42,203 bases of DNA, from positions 1-42,203 of the forward strand of contig CADBPJ010000010.1 in NCBI GenBank assembly GCA_902796445.1, in the 5' to 3' direction. The stretch is from an uncultured Ruminococcus sp. (GTDB lineage Bacteria > Bacillota > Clostridia > UBA1381). Shown piece after piece: positions 17,948-25,891 of the stretch. Made by a program: the position numbers and the translations under genes. The notes beneath the pieces were generated by a model. The model did no database searches, had not been told where the DNA came from, and saw nothing but the letters and a program-made list of their open reading frames with translations. Positions within the stretch are counted from its first letter, which is position 1, and each line of letters starts with the position of its first letter.

Positions 17948-18842
17948 AAAATTCAAATCAGGCTTTTGTGCCATAATAGGAATGCCAAATGTTGGAAAAT
18001 CCACGTTATTAAATACAATAGCAGGGCAGAAGATAGCTATAATATCAGATAAACCGCAGACTACACGTAATAAAATACTTGCAGTGTATTCTACAGAAAA
18101 TGAGCAGATTATGTTCACCGATACTCCGGGGATACATAATCCGCATAACAAGCTTGGCGAATACATGGTGAGAATGGCAAACGAGAGTATGCGTGATACG
18201 GACGTTGTGCTGTTCGTAGTTGATGCATCAAAGGGAATACGGGATAAGGAACGTGAGATTGCAGAGAATATAGATAAGCTTGGTATACCATGCATTTTGC
18301 TTATAAACAAGGTTGACCTTGTCAAAAAAGAAAACCTGTTGCCTATGATTGCTGATTTTTCGAGTATGAACGATTTTGAAGCAATAATTCCAATAAGTGC
18401 AAAGGAAAATGACGGTGTAGAAAACCTTATAGAAACGATAACCGAGTACCTTGAAGAAGGACCGATGTTCTATGATGAGGACACAGTTACCGACCAGCCT
18501 GAAAAGGCTATTGCGGCAGAGATTATACGTGAGAAGATGTTATGGCTTTTAGATAAGGAGGTACCGCACGGCATTGCTATTGAAATTACGAAAATGCGAG
18601 AAAAAGGTAAGATTACGGAGATAAACGCAACTATCTGCTGTGAGCGTAAAAGCCATAAGGGTATAATAATAGGTAAAAACGGCGATATGCTGAAAAAAAT
18701 CGGTACAATGGCAAGAGCGGATATAGAAAAAATGCTCGATAAAAAGGTATATCTTGAGCTTTGGGTTAAGGTAAAAACAGATTGGCGTAACAGCGATTTC
18801 CTTATAAAGAATTTCGGCTTTAAGGACGATGATTTAGCTTGA
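17940..18842 (+). CDS. era: GTPase Era
   Basis: G1 GMPNVGKST, G3 DTPG, G4 NKVD, and a C-terminal KH domain (IIGKNGDMLKKIG). Confidence 0.96.
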   Translation: MNKKFKSGFCAIIGMPNVGKSTLLNTIAGQKIAIISDKPQTTRNKILAVYSTENEQIMFTDTPGIHNPHNKLGEYMVRMANESMRDTDVVLFVVDASKGIRDKEREIAENIDKLGIPCILLINKVDLVKKENLLPMIADFSSMNDFEAIIPISAKENDGVENLIETITEYLEEGPMFYDEDTVTDQPEKAIAAEIIREKMLWLLDKEVPHGIAIEITKMREKGKITEINATICCERKSHKGIIIGKNGDMLKKIGTMARADIEKMLDKKVYLELWVKVKTDWRNSDFLIKNFGFKDDDLA

Positions 18843-19582
18843 TGGAGGATTTAGTATACAGAGGAATAATAATCAAGCAGGCAAATTACGGCGATGCACA
18901 TCGTATGCTGTGGATATTTACTGAAACTGACGGAATTATTAAGGCTGTACGGTATGGTATACGTGGCAAAAAAACCTCGAATGCGGCAGCATTTCAGCTT
19001 TTCTCATACGGAGATTTCAAGCTCCGTCCGTCACGTGGTGAGATAATGACGGCAGTGTCGGCAGATGTTCTTGACGGATTTTATCCCGTAAGTGAGGATA
19101 TAAAGAAGCTGTCATTAGCCTCATATCTTGCGGATATAACGTACACATTGCTTGGCGAGGCAAACCCTGACAAGCGAATACTTGCACTGTTTTTAAATGC
19201 AGTATATGCATCATCATACAAAGAGGTTGACTTGTTAAAGCTAAAGGCTGTGTATGAATTAAAGCTTATGTCTATAGGCGGATATATGCCAAAGCTTGAT
19301 GTATGCTCCGTATGCGGTGGTGTTGGTGAATATTTCAGCCCTGAGCGAGGAACATTAGTGTGCCGTCATCATCAGGTGGCGGGCGATACAAAAACAGATG
19401 ATGCATTGGTGTCGCTTATGCGTTATATATCAGGCTGTGAGGACAGAAAAATGCTATCTTTTACAGTAAATGACAAAGCACTTATCGAGCGACTTAACAA
19501 GATTACGGAGAAATATGTAGCTCTCCATTGTGATGCGGAGTTTAAAAGCCTTGCATATTTCTATAATATAATCGAAATTTAG
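18842..19582 (+). CDS. recO: DNA repair protein RecO
   Basis: OB-fold N-terminus and the zinc motif CSVCG...CRHH. Conserved position after era. Start is ATG 18842 (or TTG 18839) and overlaps the era stop. Confidence 0.9.
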   Translation: MEDLVYRGIIIKQANYGDAHRMLWIFTETDGIIKAVRYGIRGKKTSNAAAFQLFSYGDFKLRPSRGEIMTAVSADVLDGFYPVSEDIKKLSLASYLADITYTLLGEANPDKRILALFLNAVYASSYKEVDLLKLKAVYELKLMSIGGYMPKLDVCSVCGGVGEYFSPERGTLVCRHHQVAGDTKTDDALVSLMRYISGCEDRKMLSFTVNDKALIERLNKITEKYVALHCDAEFKSLAYFYNIIEI

Positions 19583-19673
19583 TACTTATTTGGTAGATTT
19601 TTATAAAAACAATCATATATAGTAGTTTAATGTCAACTAATTCACAAAATTTAAAAAAAATTTAAAAAAAGAC

Positions 19674-19702
19674 TTGAAATTTAAGCTGAAATGTAGTATA
19701 AT
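19674..19702 (+). promoter_or_regulatory. Sigma-A promoter of rpsT with an A/T-tract UP-like element
   Basis: TTGAAA (19674-19679), 17-nt spacer, TATAAT (19697-19702). Preceded by the tandem ATTTAAAAAAA repeats at 19649-19670. Confidence 0.6.
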
Positions 19703-19742
19703 ATCAGAGTATTATGTATTAAATTTTGTGGAGGTGTAAACA

Positions 19743-20006
19743 TTGCCGAACATTAAATCAGCAAAAAAGCGTGTTAAGGTAATCGAGAAAAAGACTGCTA
19801 TAAACACAGCCCGTAAGACTGCTCTTAAGACTGCTATAAAGAAGTTTGATGCAGCAGTTGAGGCAGCAGACAAGGCTACAGCACAGGCTATGTTCAATGA
19901 TGCTGTTAAGAAGCTTGACCAGGGCGTAGCTCATGGTATCTTGCACAAGAACAAGGCTGCAAGAAAGAAGTCACAGCTTGCTGTTAAGCTTGCAAAGCTT
20001 GCGTAA
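19743..20006 (+). CDS. rpsT: 30S ribosomal protein S20
   Basis: MPNIKSAKKRVKV... TTG start 6 nt after GGAGGTG. Confidence 0.93.
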   Translation: MPNIKSAKKRVKVIEKKTAINTARKTALKTAIKKFDAAVEAADKATAQAMFNDAVKKLDQGVAHGILHKNKAARKKSQLAVKLAKLA

Positions 20007-20016
20007 AAGAAAAAGA

Positions 20017-20046
20017 GGAGCTACATAATGTGGCTCCATTTTTTTT
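20017..20046 (+). terminator. Intrinsic terminator of rpsT
   Basis: 9-bp stem GGAGCTACA/TGTGGCTCC (20017-20037, one G-U), followed by an 8-T run (20039-20046). Confidence 0.6.
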
Positions 20047-20057
20047 GGAGGACTGTT

Positions 20058-21158
20058 ATGAAAGGCTTATATATCCATATACCATTCTGCGTAAAAAAAT
20101 GCGAATACTGTGACTTTTTGTCGTTCTCAGGCTGTGAGAATTATTTTGATGAATATATCTCGGCACTGTTAAGAGAAATGGAAAAGCATCAAGGTACAGA
20201 GTTTGATACTGTATTTATAGGCGGAGGTACGCCGTCAGTGTTGTCATATAAACAGATAGAAAGAGTATGTGACGGCATTAAGCATAGCTTTAAACTGTCA
20301 CCAAACCTTGAATGGACAATGGAAATAAATCCGGGGACGATTACAGAGGAAAAGATACAAGCAATGAAAGACGGAGGCGTAAATCGTGTAAGCGTAGGTG
20401 TGCAGTCTTTTAACGATAATGAGCTTGAGGCAGTAGGACGTATTCACAGAAGTAAGTCCGCATATGATACTGTAACAGTACTTCATAATGCAGGCTTTTC
20501 AAATATAAGTATAGACCTTATGGAATCGTTGCCGTACCAGACAGACGATAGCTTTAAACACTCCCTTGAGGTTGCAATGTCTTTGCCCATATCGCATATA
20601 AGTGTGTATAGTCTTATAATAGAAGATGGTACACCAATAAAGGAAAAGTATGATAACGGCATTTATGCACTGCCTGATGAGGACAGTGATCGTGATTTAT
20701 ATAAGTATACAGGTGAATATTTAAAGCAAAACGGATTTTCAAGATATGAAATATCAAACTACGCAAAAGCGGGCTTTGAGTCAAAGCATAACCTTAAATA
20801 TTGGAATTGTGATGAGTATATAGGTATCGGTTTAGGTGCTCATTCGTATATTGATGGTGTTCGTTCATATAACACATCAGTATTGGGCGAATATATAAGC
20901 GGTGTAACGACAGTTGATGAGAACATTCTCACAAAGAATGATAAGATGGGCGAATTTATGATGCTTGGCTTGCGTAAAACAGAGGGCGTTGATAAAAATG
21001 AATTTTACAGACGATTTGATGTATATCCTGATGGGATATGGAAAAGTCAACTTGATAAATTTATAGCTTTAAAGCTTATGAAAGAAGAAAATGGGGCATA
21101 CTCACTTACCCAACGAGGTATTGATATATCCAATTTAATTATGTGTGAGTTCCTGTAA
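20058..21158 (+). CDS. hemW: Radical SAM heme chaperone HemW (oxygen-independent coproporphyrinogen-III oxidase-like)
   Basis: LYIHIPFCVKKCEYCDF contains the CX3CX2C radical SAM motif. The HemN_C-like C-terminus is present. Start at ATG 20058 behind GGAGG. The track ORF is extended through the rpsT terminator. Confidence 0.9.
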   Translation: MKGLYIHIPFCVKKCEYCDFLSFSGCENYFDEYISALLREMEKHQGTEFDTVFIGGGTPSVLSYKQIERVCDGIKHSFKLSPNLEWTMEINPGTITEEKIQAMKDGGVNRVSVGVQSFNDNELEAVGRIHRSKSAYDTVTVLHNAGFSNISIDLMESLPYQTDDSFKHSLEVAMSLPISHISVYSLIIEDGTPIKEKYDNGIYALPDEDSDRDLYKYTGEYLKQNGFSRYEISNYAKAGFESKHNLKYWNCDEYIGIGLGAHSYIDGVRSYNTSVLGEYISGVTTVDENILTKNDKMGEFMMLGLRKTEGVDKNEFYRRFDVYPDGIWKSQLDKFIALKLMKEENGAYSLTQRGIDISNLIMCEFL

Positions 21159-21214
21159 AACGGAACTCTTCGCATAATTTATGCAAAATTCAGAAAAAAA
21201 TTTTTAAAAAAGTC

Positions 21215-21243
21215 TTGACAATACCCCATATATGTGGTAGAAT
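21215..21243 (+). promoter_or_regulatory. Sigma-A promoter of rpmG-secE-nusG
   Basis: TTGACA (21215-21220), 17-nt spacer, TAGAAT (21238-21243), with TGg (extended -10). An upstream A/T tract AAAAAAATTTTTAAAAAAG is present. Confidence 0.6.
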
Positions 21244-21327
21244 TAGATGGATAGAAAAAGGTTCTTTTTTTTTGCTGTGAAATTTTGCGAAGAAAAGAGC
21301 GGATATAATCAAACGGAGGTAGAAAAG

Positions 21328-21477
21328 ATGAGAGTTAAAATCACATTGGCTTGCCAGGAATGTAAGCAGAGAAACTATAACACAATGAAGAATAAGAAGA
21401 ATGATCCTGACAGACTTGAAATGAACAAGTATTGTCGTTTCTGCAAAAAACATACTACACATAAGGAAACAAAGTAA
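21328..21477 (+). CDS. rpmG: 50S ribosomal protein L33 (Cys4 zinc-binding form)
   Basis: [57 protein letters not shown]. The track ORF start at 21247 lies in the leader. Confidence 0.93.
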   Translation: MRVKITLACQECKQRNYNTMKNKKNDPDRLEMNKYCRFCKKHTTHKETK

Positions 21478-21501
21478 TAGGATTTAAAAGGAGTAAGCAG
21501 T

Positions 21502-21690
21502 ATGGCTAAATTGACAAAGTATTTAAAAGAAACTAAGTCAGAGCTTAAAAAGGTTACATGGCCTAGTAAGGACCAGATTAAGAACAATACAGGAATAATC
21601 ATTGTATTTATAATCATGGTTGCAATCTTCCTTTCAATATGTGATTTCGGCTTCGGCTGGTTAAGACAAGCATTTCTTAATATATTCTGA
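21502..21690 (+). CDS. secE: Preprotein translocase subunit SecE
   Basis: 62 aa. ETKSELKKVTWPSKDQ followed by a single TM helix. Conserved rpmG-secE-nusG order. Confidence 0.9.
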   Translation: MAKLTKYLKETKSELKKVTWPSKDQIKNNTGIIIVFIIMVAIFLSICDFGFGWLRQAFLNIF

Positions 21691-21736
21691 TTAGAAAGAA
21701 TTATTAAATCTTAATTAGTCGAAAGGAGCGATTTAC

Positions 21737-22261
21737 ATGGCTGAAGAAGCAAGGTGGTATGTTGCTCATACTTATTCGGGATATGAGAATAAGGTTAAAG
21801 AGAGCATAGAAAAAACAGTTGAAAACCGCGGCCTTGAGAATATGATTATGGATATTCGTGTCCCTGTTGAGGACGTTGTTGAAAAGCGCGGTGACAAGGA
21901 AAAAATAGTACAGAGAAAAATATTCCCGGGCTACGTTGTAATCAAAATGATTATGAACGAAGAAAGCTGGTACGTTGTACGAAATACACGTGGCGTAACA
22001 GGCTTTGTGGGACCAGGCTCAAAACCCGTGCCATTGTCTGATGCTGAGGTTGAGAGAATGGGAGTAGATACTGTACGCCGTGAAGCCATTAAATTCTCAA
22101 TCGGTGATTTGGTTGAAATTAAATCAGGTCCTATGGAGGGCTTCTCAGGTAACATCAATAAATTGGACAACGATACAGGTACTCTTTGGGTTACTGTTTC
22201 GATGTTCGGAAGAGAAACATCTGTGGAGATAAATCATACACAGGTTGCTCTTATGGATTAA
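21737..22261 (+). CDS. nusG: Transcription termination/antitermination factor NusG
   Basis: WYVAHTYSGYENKV NGN domain, FPGYVVIKM, and a KOW C-terminal domain (GDLVEIKSGPMEGFSG). Confidence 0.96.
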   Translation: MAEEARWYVAHTYSGYENKVKESIEKTVENRGLENMIMDIRVPVEDVVEKRGDKEKIVQRKIFPGYVVIKMIMNEESWYVVRNTRGVTGFVGPGSKPVPLSDAEVERMGVDTVRREAIKFSIGDLVEIKSGPMEGFSGNINKLDNDTGTLWVTVSMFGRETSVEINHTQVALMD

Positions 22262-22328
22262 TTCGTTTTATATGAAGCGTTTGCTTCCTATAAATATAGG
22301 CGTAAAAAGCGCCGTCCCTCTGGAAACA

Positions 22329-22359
22329 GTGGGAGGACAGTAAAAGTCCGTATTACCAC
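22329..22359 (+). promoter_or_regulatory. Candidate L1-binding mRNA element (23S L1-stalk mimic) in the rplK leader
   Basis: GUGG-GA-[GGAC aguaaaa GUCC]-GUAUUA-CCAC. GTGGGAGG (22329-22336) and ATTACCAC (22352-22359) resemble the 23S H77/78 strands GGUGGGAGG ... AAAUACCACC as I recall them. Confidence 0.5.
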
Positions 22360-22401
22360 AATAGCGCAAGGACGCTATAAATAATTAAGGAGGTGGCCGT
22401 T

Positions 22402-22827
22402 ATGGCACAGAAAGTAGCAGGTTATATCAAATTACAAATTCCGGCCGGAAAAGCTACACCGGCACCACCCGTTGGTCCCGCTTTGGGTCAGCATGGTGTA
22501 AACATTATGCAGTTTACAAAGGAATTTAACGAAAAAACAGCAAAGGACGCAGGCTTAATCATCCCGGTAGTAATTACCGTATACGCTGACCGTTCATTCT
22601 CGTTCGTCACAAAGACTCCGCCGGCAGCTGTACTTATCAAAAAGGCTTGTAAGATACAGAGTGGTTCAGGTGTTCCGAACAAAACTAAGGTTGCAACAAT
22701 TTCTAAGGCTGATGTTGAGGAAATTGCAAAGACAAAGATGCCTGACTTGAATGCAGCATCACTTGAAGCAGCTATGAGCATGATCGCAGGTACTTGCAGA
22801 AGTATGGGCGTAATTGTAGGCGACTAA
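22402..22827 (+). CDS. rplK: 50S ribosomal protein L11
   Basis: [37 protein letters not shown] 22402 lies 8 nt after AAGGAGG. Confidence 0.96.
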   Translation: MAQKVAGYIKLQIPAGKATPAPPVGPALGQHGVNIMQFTKEFNEKTAKDAGLIIPVVITVYADRSFSFVTKTPPAAVLIKKACKIQSGSGVPNKTKVATISKADVEEIAKTKMPDLNAASLEAAMSMIAGTCRSMGVIVGD

Positions 22828-22847
22828 TAATTAGGTTAAGAGTATAA

Positions 22848-22875
22848 GTGGGAGAGAGGTTTCTCGCATAACCAC
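22848..22875 (+). promoter_or_regulatory. Second candidate L1-binding element, directly upstream of rplA
   Basis: GUGG-[GAGAG aggu UUCUC]-GCAUAA-CCAC. Same architecture and the same GTGGGAG...ATAACCAC strands as the element at 22329-22359. It ends 5 nt before the rplA RBS. Confidence 0.5.
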
Positions 22876-22891
22876 GAAGGAGGATATTGAA

Positions 22892-23584
22892 ATGTTCAGA
22901 GGTAAAAAGTATAAGGATAGTGTTAAGCTTGTAGATAAAACAAAGCTATATGACACAAATGAAGCTATGAAGCTTGTTACAGACACAGCTAAGGCTAAGT
23001 TTGACGAAACAGTTGAGGTTCACGTAAAGCTTGGTGTTGACTCAAGACATGCTGACCAGCAGGTAAGAGGTGCAATCGTTCTTCCTCACGGCACAGGTAA
23101 GAGCTCAAAGGTTTTGGTTTTCGCAAAGGGTGCTAAGGCAGAAGAGGCTAAGGCAGCAGGTGCTGACTATGTTGGCGAGATGGATATGGTTGATAAGATC
23201 CAGGGCGAGAACTGGTTTGATTTCGATGTAGTTGTTGCAACTCCCGATATGATGGGTGTAGTTGGTCGTTTAGGTAAGGTATTGGGTCCTAAGGGTCTTA
23301 TGCCATCACCAAAGGCAGGTACAGTAACAATGGACGTTGAAAAGGCAGTTAAGGAAATCAAGGCAGGTAAGATTGAGTACCGTCTTGATAAGACAAACAT
23401 CATCCACTGCCCAATCGGTAAGGCATCATTCGGTGCTGAGAAGCTTTCAGAGAACTTTGATGCACTTATGGGTGCCATCATAAAGGCTAAGCCGTCAGCT
23501 GCAAAGGGTCAGTACTTAAGAAGTGTTGTTGTAGCATCAACAATGGGACCTGGTATTAAAATTAATCAAGCTAAGCTAAGTTAA
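22892..23584 (+). CDS. rplA: 50S ribosomal protein L1
   Basis: [31 protein letters not shown] and ATPDMMG. Confidence 0.96.
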   Translation: MFRGKKYKDSVKLVDKTKLYDTNEAMKLVTDTAKAKFDETVEVHVKLGVDSRHADQQVRGAIVLPHGTGKSSKVLVFAKGAKAEEAKAAGADYVGEMDMVDKIQGENWFDFDVVVATPDMMGVVGRLGKVLGPKGLMPSPKAGTVTMDVEKAVKEIKAGKIEYRLDKTNIIHCPIGKASFGAEKLSENFDALMGAIIKAKPSAAKGQYLRSVVVASTMGPGIKINQAKLS

Positions 23585-23591
23585 AAAACTT

Positions 23592-23680
23592 GTTAATTTT
23601 GTGTATCTTACCACTGTTGCTCCCTCGGAGTACCAATGTACACCATCGGTCGCAACAGCGGCAATCTACGCAAAATTAAC
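23592..23680 (+). terminator. Long nested hairpin after rplA, possibly the end of the rplKA unit
   Basis: 14-bp outer stem GTTAATTTTGTGTA (23592-23605) pairs with TACGCAAAATTAAC (23667-23680). Inner stem CTGTTGC (23614-23620) pairs with GCAACAG (23652-23658). Only a weak T-run (TGCGTTTT) follows. Confidence 0.4.
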
Positions 23681-23718
23681 TGCGTTTTAGAAAATCGCAA
23701 TAAATTTTAAATTTTCTA

Positions 23719-23747
23719 TTGACAACTATATATCTTTATGGTATAAT
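23719..23747 (+). promoter_or_regulatory. Sigma-A promoter of rplJL
   Basis: TTGACA (23719-23724), 17-nt spacer, TATAAT (23742-23747), with TGg (extended -10). Confidence 0.65.
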
Positions 23748-23756
23748 TATATAGTT

Positions 23757-23873
23757 GAAAAACCGTAGACAGTCGGCAGGAGCAATCCGTAAGTCCCACC
23801 GAGGCATTAACAAAAATTCAAACTATGGATTTTATGGCTCTTTGCGTCTACGGCAAAGAGCCTTTAATTTATT
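23757..23873 (+). promoter_or_regulatory. Ribosomal protein L10 leader (L10(L12)4-responsive attenuator)
   Basis: Long-range helix CCGTAGAC (23763-23770) pairs with GTCTACGG (23846-23853). An internal helix pairs TCGG with CCGA around a GGAG-containing loop. A terminator hairpin pairs GGCTCTTTGC (23836-23845) with GCAAAGAGCC (23853-23862) and is followed by TTTAATTTATTT. Position and shape match the Firmicute L10 leader as I recall it. Confidence 0.7.
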
Positions 23874-23914
23874 TAAAGGCATATACTTTAATACATCAGG
23901 AGGTGAAAACAGTT

Positions 23915-24568
23915 ATGCCAAACGCACAGGTTTTAGAGGCTAAAGCGGCTCAGGTAGCAGAAGCAGTTGAACTTTTGAAGGAAACACAGACAGGTATCTT
24001 GGTTGACTACAGAGGTTTGAACGTTGCAGAGGATACAGAGCTAAGAAATAAGCTTCGTGAAGCAAACGTAAAGTATTTTGTAATCAAGAACAGAATTTTA
24101 AAGCGTGCAGTTGACGAAATCGGTCTTGAAGGTCTTGACGAGGTTCTGCATGGACCTACAGCTCTTGCAGTATCAACCGAGGATGCAGTTGCTCCTGCAA
24201 AGGTTCTTTCAGAGTTTGCAAAGTCAAATGAAAAGCTTGAAATTAAAGGTGGTTTCATGGACGGCTCAGTAATGGGTCTTGATGAAATTAAGAAGCTTGC
24301 GGCTACACCGAACTTCGAGACATTGATCGCGAAGATGATGGGAAGCTTGCAGTCACCTATCAGCGGTCTTGCAAGATTGCTTGCAACTATTGCTGACGGC
24401 GGTGAGGAAATAGCAGATCTTATCGCTAAAAAAGCACCTGCACAGGAAGAGGCTCCAAGTGAGGAAGCACCTGTAGCAGAAGAAACAGCTCCAGCAGCAG
24501 AGGAAGCTCCCGCAGCAGAGGAGGCTCCCGCAGAGGAGACAGCGGCAGAGGAAACTCCCGCAGAATAA
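23915..24568 (+). CDS. rplJ: 50S ribosomal protein L10 with an unusual acidic Pro/Ala/Glu-rich C-terminal extension
   Basis: MPNAQVLEAKAAQV...ILVDYRGLNVAEDTELRNKLREANVKYFVIKNR. ATG 23915 lies behind AGGAGGTG. The track ORF start at 23825 lies inside the leader. 217 aa, against about 165-175 aa for a typical L10. Confidence 0.93.
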   Translation: MPNAQVLEAKAAQVAEAVELLKETQTGILVDYRGLNVAEDTELRNKLREANVKYFVIKNRILKRAVDEIGLEGLDEVLHGPTALAVSTEDAVAPAKVLSEFAKSNEKLEIKGGFMDGSVMGLDEIKKLAATPNFETLIAKMMGSLQSPISGLARLLATIADGGEEIADLIAKKAPAQEEAPSEEAPVAEETAPAAEEAPAAEEAPAEETAAEETPAE

Positions 24569-24611
24569 TTTAAAAAAAATAGAAATTTAGTATTTACAGG
24601 AGGAAAATACA

Positions 24612-24983
24612 ATGGCAGATTTGAATGCAATTCTTGATTCAATCAAGGAATTAAAGTTACTTGAAGTAGCAGAGTTAGTAAAGATGATGGAAGAAGAGTT
24701 CGGCGTATCAGCAGCAGCTCCCGTTATGGTAGCAGGCGGTGCGGCTGAAGGCGGTGCAGCAGCTGAAGAAAAGACAGAGTTCGACGTAGTTCTTGCTGAG
24801 GCAGGTGCTTCAAAGATGAACGTTATCAAGATCGTTAAGAATATCACAGGTCTTGGTCTTAAGGAAGCAAAGGCTGCAGTAGACGAAGCTCCTTCAACAA
24901 TCAAAGAGGCTTGTCCGGCTGAAGAGGCTCAGAAGATTAAGGCTGAGCTTGAAGAAGCAGGCGCTAAGGTTGAATTGAAGTAA
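24612..24983 (+). CDS. rplL: 50S ribosomal protein L7/L12
   Basis: [26 protein letters not shown], an Ala-rich hinge, and [20 protein letters not shown]. Confidence 0.96.
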   Translation: MADLNAILDSIKELKLLEVAELVKMMEEEFGVSAAAPVMVAGGAAEGGAAAEEKTEFDVVLAEAGASKMNVIKIVKNITGLGLKEAKAAVDEAPSTIKEACPAEEAQKIKAELEEAGAKVELK

Positions 24984-25027
24984 TTATACTCTAATTTTAC
25001 CGCAAATTGTCATTTGGAGGTTTAAAT

Positions 25028-25540
25028 ATGAAGGTAGATTTATCGCCTGTAATTAAGGTGACGGGTGCAGAAATAAAGCTTGACACTACAGTTGGGTTTT
25101 CTGATGCCGAGTTCCTTGGCGAAAGCTACAGATTTTTAGAACCTTTAAAGGTTTACGGTCGTGTATATAATAACGGTCAATCTCTTACCCTTGAGGCAGA
25201 TGTCAAGGGCAGTATGAAAACTGAATGTGCAAGATGTCTTGACGAACTTGAGACAGATGTTGAGTTTTCTGTAAACGAGCTCCTTTCACAACGAAAAGAG
25301 AGTCAGGAGGACTCGGATGATATTATCCTGTTTGACGGATACGAAATAGAGCTTGACGATATAATTGCAGACCATTTCCTGATGAATGTATCAGGAAGGT
25401 ACCTATGTTCTGATGACTGCAAGGGACTATGTCCTCAATGCGGAACAAATCTTAACAAGGGTGAATGTGACTGTAATACAGAATACATTGACCCCAGATG
25501 GCAAGCATTAGCGGATATACTGAAGAACTCAGAGGAATAA
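25028..25540 (+). CDS. yceD: YceD/DUF177 family protein (large ribosomal RNA accumulation protein)
   Basis: C-terminal CSDDCKGLCPQCGTNLNKGECDC zinc-ribbon-like motif, then DPRWQALADI. Conserved position directly upstream of rpmF. Start at ATG 25028 behind GGAGG. Confidence 0.85.
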   Translation: MKVDLSPVIKVTGAEIKLDTTVGFSDAEFLGESYRFLEPLKVYGRVYNNGQSLTLEADVKGSMKTECARCLDELETDVEFSVNELLSQRKESQEDSDDIILFDGYEIELDDIIADHFLMNVSGRYLCSDDCKGLCPQCGTNLNKGECDCNTEYIDPRWQALADILKNSEE

Positions 25541-25591
25541 TCCTTTGAAAAAAGTAGATAGAGTGTTGTTATTTTAATGGAGGTGTAACTA

Positions 25592-25771
25592 ATGGCAGTA
25601 CCTAAGAATAAAGTTTCAAAAGCCAGAAGAGATAAAAGACGTGCTAACTGGAAGCTTACAGCACCAAATTTAGTTGAGTGCCCCCAGTGTCACGAGCTTA
25701 AGTTGCCTCACAGAGTTTGCCCAAGCTGTGGACAGTATAAGGGTAAAGAAGTAATCAAGGTTGAGGATTGA
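25592..25771 (+). CDS. rpmF: 50S ribosomal protein L32 (absent from the ORF track because it is under 60 aa)
   Basis: Hand translation gives [59 protein letters not shown] (59 aa). RBS GGAGGTG lies 7 nt upstream. CxxC...CxxC zinc form. Confidence 0.9.
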   Translation: MAVPKNKVSKARRDKRRANWKLTAPNLVECPQCHELKLPHRVCPSCGQYKGKEVIKVED

Positions 25772-25792
25772 TTTCAGGCTTGTTAAAAACTT

Positions 25793-25828
25793 AAAAGGGG
25801 CTGTTGCGTTAAGCAACGGCCCCTTTTG
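25793..25828 (+). terminator. Strong intrinsic terminator after rpmF
   Basis: AAAAGGGGCTGTTGC pairs with GCAACGGCCCCTTTT across a GTTAA loop. The tail is TTTTGTG. Confidence 0.8.
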
Positions 25829-25870
25829 TGCTGAATGGATTTAGATGCAGAATTCAACAGCACTTTTTTT
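25828..25870 (+). terminator. Second (tandem) terminator
   Basis: GTGCTG (25828-25833) pairs with CAGCAC (25858-25863), with an extra AAT/ATT pairing, followed by 7 T (25864-25870). Confidence 0.5.
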
Positions 25871-25891
25871 GTGACCAAAAGTACATACAAT

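Noticed and set aside
21247-21327. N-terminal extensions suggested by the ORF track: L33 (from 21247), L10 (from 23825), S16 (8403), L11 (22393), HemW (20028), YqfD (15228), PanB (40071) and TrkA (37541).
   Set aside because: In each case an internal ATG preceded by a GGAGG-type RBS gives the canonical conserved N-terminus. The extensions run through promoters, leaders, terminators or upstream genes.
24007-24642. 211-aa minus-strand ORF opposite rplJ.
   Set aside because: It is a low-complexity Ser/Ala repeat protein that mirrors the GAA/GCA-rich L10 tail. It is antisense to an essential ribosomal gene and has no start-site signals.
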